Shown here: piece after piece, positions 61,801-64,000 of the stretch
Numbering within the stretch: position 1 is the stretch's first letter
Layout: every line of letters begins with the position of its first letter
Assembly (NCBI RefSeq): GCF_000143415.4
Contig: NW_003314334.1
Location: 1-64,000 of the forward strand
Reading direction: 5' to 3'
Source: Selaginella moellendorffii
Taxonomy: Eukaryota > Plantae > Lycopodiophyta
DNA: 64,000 nt
Program-made: the position numbers and the translations under genes
The notes under the pieces: generated by a model
The model's input: only the letters and a program-made list of their open reading frames with translations
The model's database searches: none
What the model was told of the DNA's origin: nothing

Positions 61801-64000
61801 TTTTGATTATAGATCGTTGTGAATATTCAGACACGAGGACTGAAAAGCGCACTGGTGGCGCATCGAAGAAGGACAAACAGAAAAGCAATAGGAAAAAAGG
61901 AGGTACAAATTATATTTGCAATGGCATGTGGTCTCATGCCATTCCTTGCAGGAGAAACTTCTTCAAAGGCAAAACAGGCAAGCACCAGCCAAGCTCAAAC
62001 TGACAGTGGTCATAAAAAGCGAAAGCACGTTGGACAGTCGTCGAGATCAGAGGCGTTTGATTCGAAAAGGAAGAAGGGCAACGAAAAGATGATAGGTAAT
62101 GCCTCGCGGTTATGGCGTGTGTGCTCATGCCATTCATTGCAGATCAAGGGCTGAGTGAAAGCAGGCAGTCACCACCTCATGACTCAGATTCCTATGGCGG
62201 ACTCCCCTTCCCCAATCTCAATGGAGAGGTACAATGGATGAGGGAAGCTTTTCAAGGCAGGGCCACGTTTTTCTCATCTCGTCGTCTTCGAAGGGTGCAA
62301 GAACGTGCAGAAACCATGTTAAGACAGTCGGGTGAGGATACGGTCCTAGGTCACGCACTAAAACAGGCTATGGATGTCTTGTATTTTGAGATGGAGACTC
62401 GGCCAGATGATTTTCCCAAGATGGTCCTGGAAGAACAAGCCATCCAGCCTGAGCAGCCTATGGAAGAAATGCAGGAGGGGGATGAGGAGCCAGAGAAAGA
62501 TAGCCAGAGGAGGACGAAGAAGAGGAGGACGAAGAGGACTTGGATGGTCCTCATAATGGTGACGATCACAATAACGATGACGACGATGATGACGACGATG
62601 GCCAGCCTGAGGTGGCCAAAGAGCGGCAGAGGAAGGTCATACAAGACAAACCATCAGGTAAATAATAATACATCCATTCCTAACCTTTTACCATTTCTAA
62701 CATTGTCCATGTAGGTCGCAGAGCAAATGGTAAGTAGAGATTATTCAGTTGAATTTACAAACTCTAGCCTTTAGTGTCGAGGAAGGATAGTGCCAAGCAA
62801 GGGTCGAAACGTATGTCCAATCCTTCAGAATCAGCAGTGCGCTCAAGTGATATCGGTCCTAGTTCCTCAATAGCAGTTGATGGTAAATACAGTATAGTCG
62901 ATTCAATGTGCTAATGAGTTTGTTTTTAGTAGCACGGGAGGATACCATCTCAATCGAAGGGAGATATTTGGACATGCATATGGATCCGCCAGTGGACTCT
63001 ACTTGGCTGCAAGAGTCATCAGAGCTGGTGGAGGCTACTATCCATATCAACGCCAAGCAAGCTGACCACGCTTCACTTGATGCTGCCCATACCACTGAGT
63101 CAATCTTGTCCACGTATCCAACTGACGGTGACCAGGCGCCATTGGACCCACATGAGGCCGCCCCAGCCGCCGAGCCGGTCGTATCCTCATTTCCAACGGA
63201 CTCAACGTGTGCCCAATCATCTGACTACGCGCCGTTGGAACCTCCCTACACCGCCCCTGCTGCCTGTTCGGTCATATCCACTTTGCCAACGGAGGCACCA
63301 GCTGAAATGGCGTGTGATCACACGCCATCGGAACCACCCCATGCCACTGTTGAGCCAGTTGTACCAGAGTCTACAGCTGAAATGGCATGTGCCCACACGC
63401 CATCGGATGCGATTGACCCCACATTGCAGAGGAGAGTATTTCCGCCCTTCACATTTCCTCGACCAAAACCCTCTCAACGACCATCAGGAGCAACATTCGC
63501 TAATATTGTAGATGGTAAAATTGACTTGTACCATTTTTTATGCTGACGCATTTCATTTCAGAGTCACGGCGAAGGTACTGTATCGTTTTTGATCTGAACG
63601 GTGTCCTTTTCTCCCATGAGCGTGGCTCGTCCTCGAATGTCATTGCACCCTCCAAAGCCTGCGGTCGCAAGTTGGTCAAACGAGACAGATTCACATTAAT
63701 CACACGGGAGAAACTGCGGGATCTAATAATGACCATGCGACACTTAAAACAGAGGGCCGGGTTCAATTTGCAATTGGGAGTTTGGACATCCATGATGCGC
63801 CACAATGCATTAACGTTGCTACAGATGATGCACGATCAGACGCGAGTAATATTACCATTTGACTTTCTCCTAACGCAGGAGGATTGCTTGACTATGGTCC
63901 ATGTGAGGGGTAGCAAGCCCATCTTCGTCAAGCCAGAGGCTGTAGTGATGAACCGGACTGCTAGCTCAAGTGAAATCCTCATCATCGATGACTCGCCGAT
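58839..64000 (+). pseudogene. Multi-exon cargo gene: ParB/Srx-like domain + degenerate N4/N6-MTase fold + acidic linker + FCP1/NIF-type HAD phosphatase; runs off the window, two TAG lesions
   Basis: Introns 58842-59080, 60260-60313, 61638-61687, 61775-61830, 61903-61951, 62096-62142 and 63515-63561 preserve frame; 62657-62714, 62730-62774 and ~62856-62932 are probable. Motifs: 'RLVSDEWVEKLK..FYAVSGQHSSLAM'; 'NPKKAP..KGKCVVEYNCGGLFFRAALLKGVPCVAV'; 'CIVFDLNGVL..VWTSMMRHNA..TQEDC..IFVKP..ILIIDDSP'. TAG at 60257 and 61616; frameshift near 62500. Confidence 0.75.

Larger units (their letters stand above)
52573..63404. repeat. Dispersed 22-bp palindrome family ATGGC(A/G)TG(A/T)GGCC(A/T)CA(C/T)GCCAT, >20 copies
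   Basis: Copies at about 52573, 52890, 52951 (half), 54281, 54338, 56175, 56245, 56281, 56451, 56549, 57163, 57237, 58100, 58179, 58866, 58943, 59003, 60280, 61779, 61920, 62111, 63306 and 63381. Confidence 0.93.
52350..64000. mobile_element. Large Sola-like DNA transposon or transposon-derived unit with a cargo gene; left boundary approximate, right end outside the window
   Basis: Intact DDD transposase, divergent cargo gene, and a 22-bp palindrome family confined to this interval. Similarity to the 11150 repeat stops abruptly near 52350. No TIR or TSD identified. Confidence 0.65.

Noticed and set aside
52573-63404. CRISPR array interpretation of the palindromes
   Set aside because: Irregular spacing (tens of bp to over 1 kb), copies inside introns and CDS, no cas genes, eukaryotic context.

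Overview
Eukaryotic, repeat-rich plant DNA. A CEP131-like centriolar gene, ~45-55 bp introns and PLS-E PPR remnants point to a flagellate-sperm plant, Selaginella-like (inference). Layout: (i) 45-3438, a multi-exon CEP131/AZI1-like gene interrupted by an assembly gap, followed by PPR remnants. (ii) ~7.7-52 kb, nested retroelements: solo LTRs with TSDs, a 5S-carrying Cassandra TRIM, a self-priming Ty3 fragment, and an L1/Tx1-type LINE split by a full-length chromovirus whose integrase contains two spliceosomal introns and which carries an odd composite Ty3 insert. This block also holds a decayed ParB + N4/N6-DNA-methyltransferase fusion gene (17.6-20.5 kb) that the ORF track misses. (iii) ~52.35-64 kb, the most novel part: a large DNA-transposon-like unit with an intact Sola-type DDD transposase and a divergent multi-exon gene fusing a ParB-like domain, a degenerate amino-MTase fold and an FCP1-like HAD phosphatase. 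This unit carries >20 copies of a 22-bp palindrome (concentrated in introns and the intergenic region), a 192-bp hairpin and a telomere-repeat tract. All domain calls come from motif recognition by eye; no searches were run.
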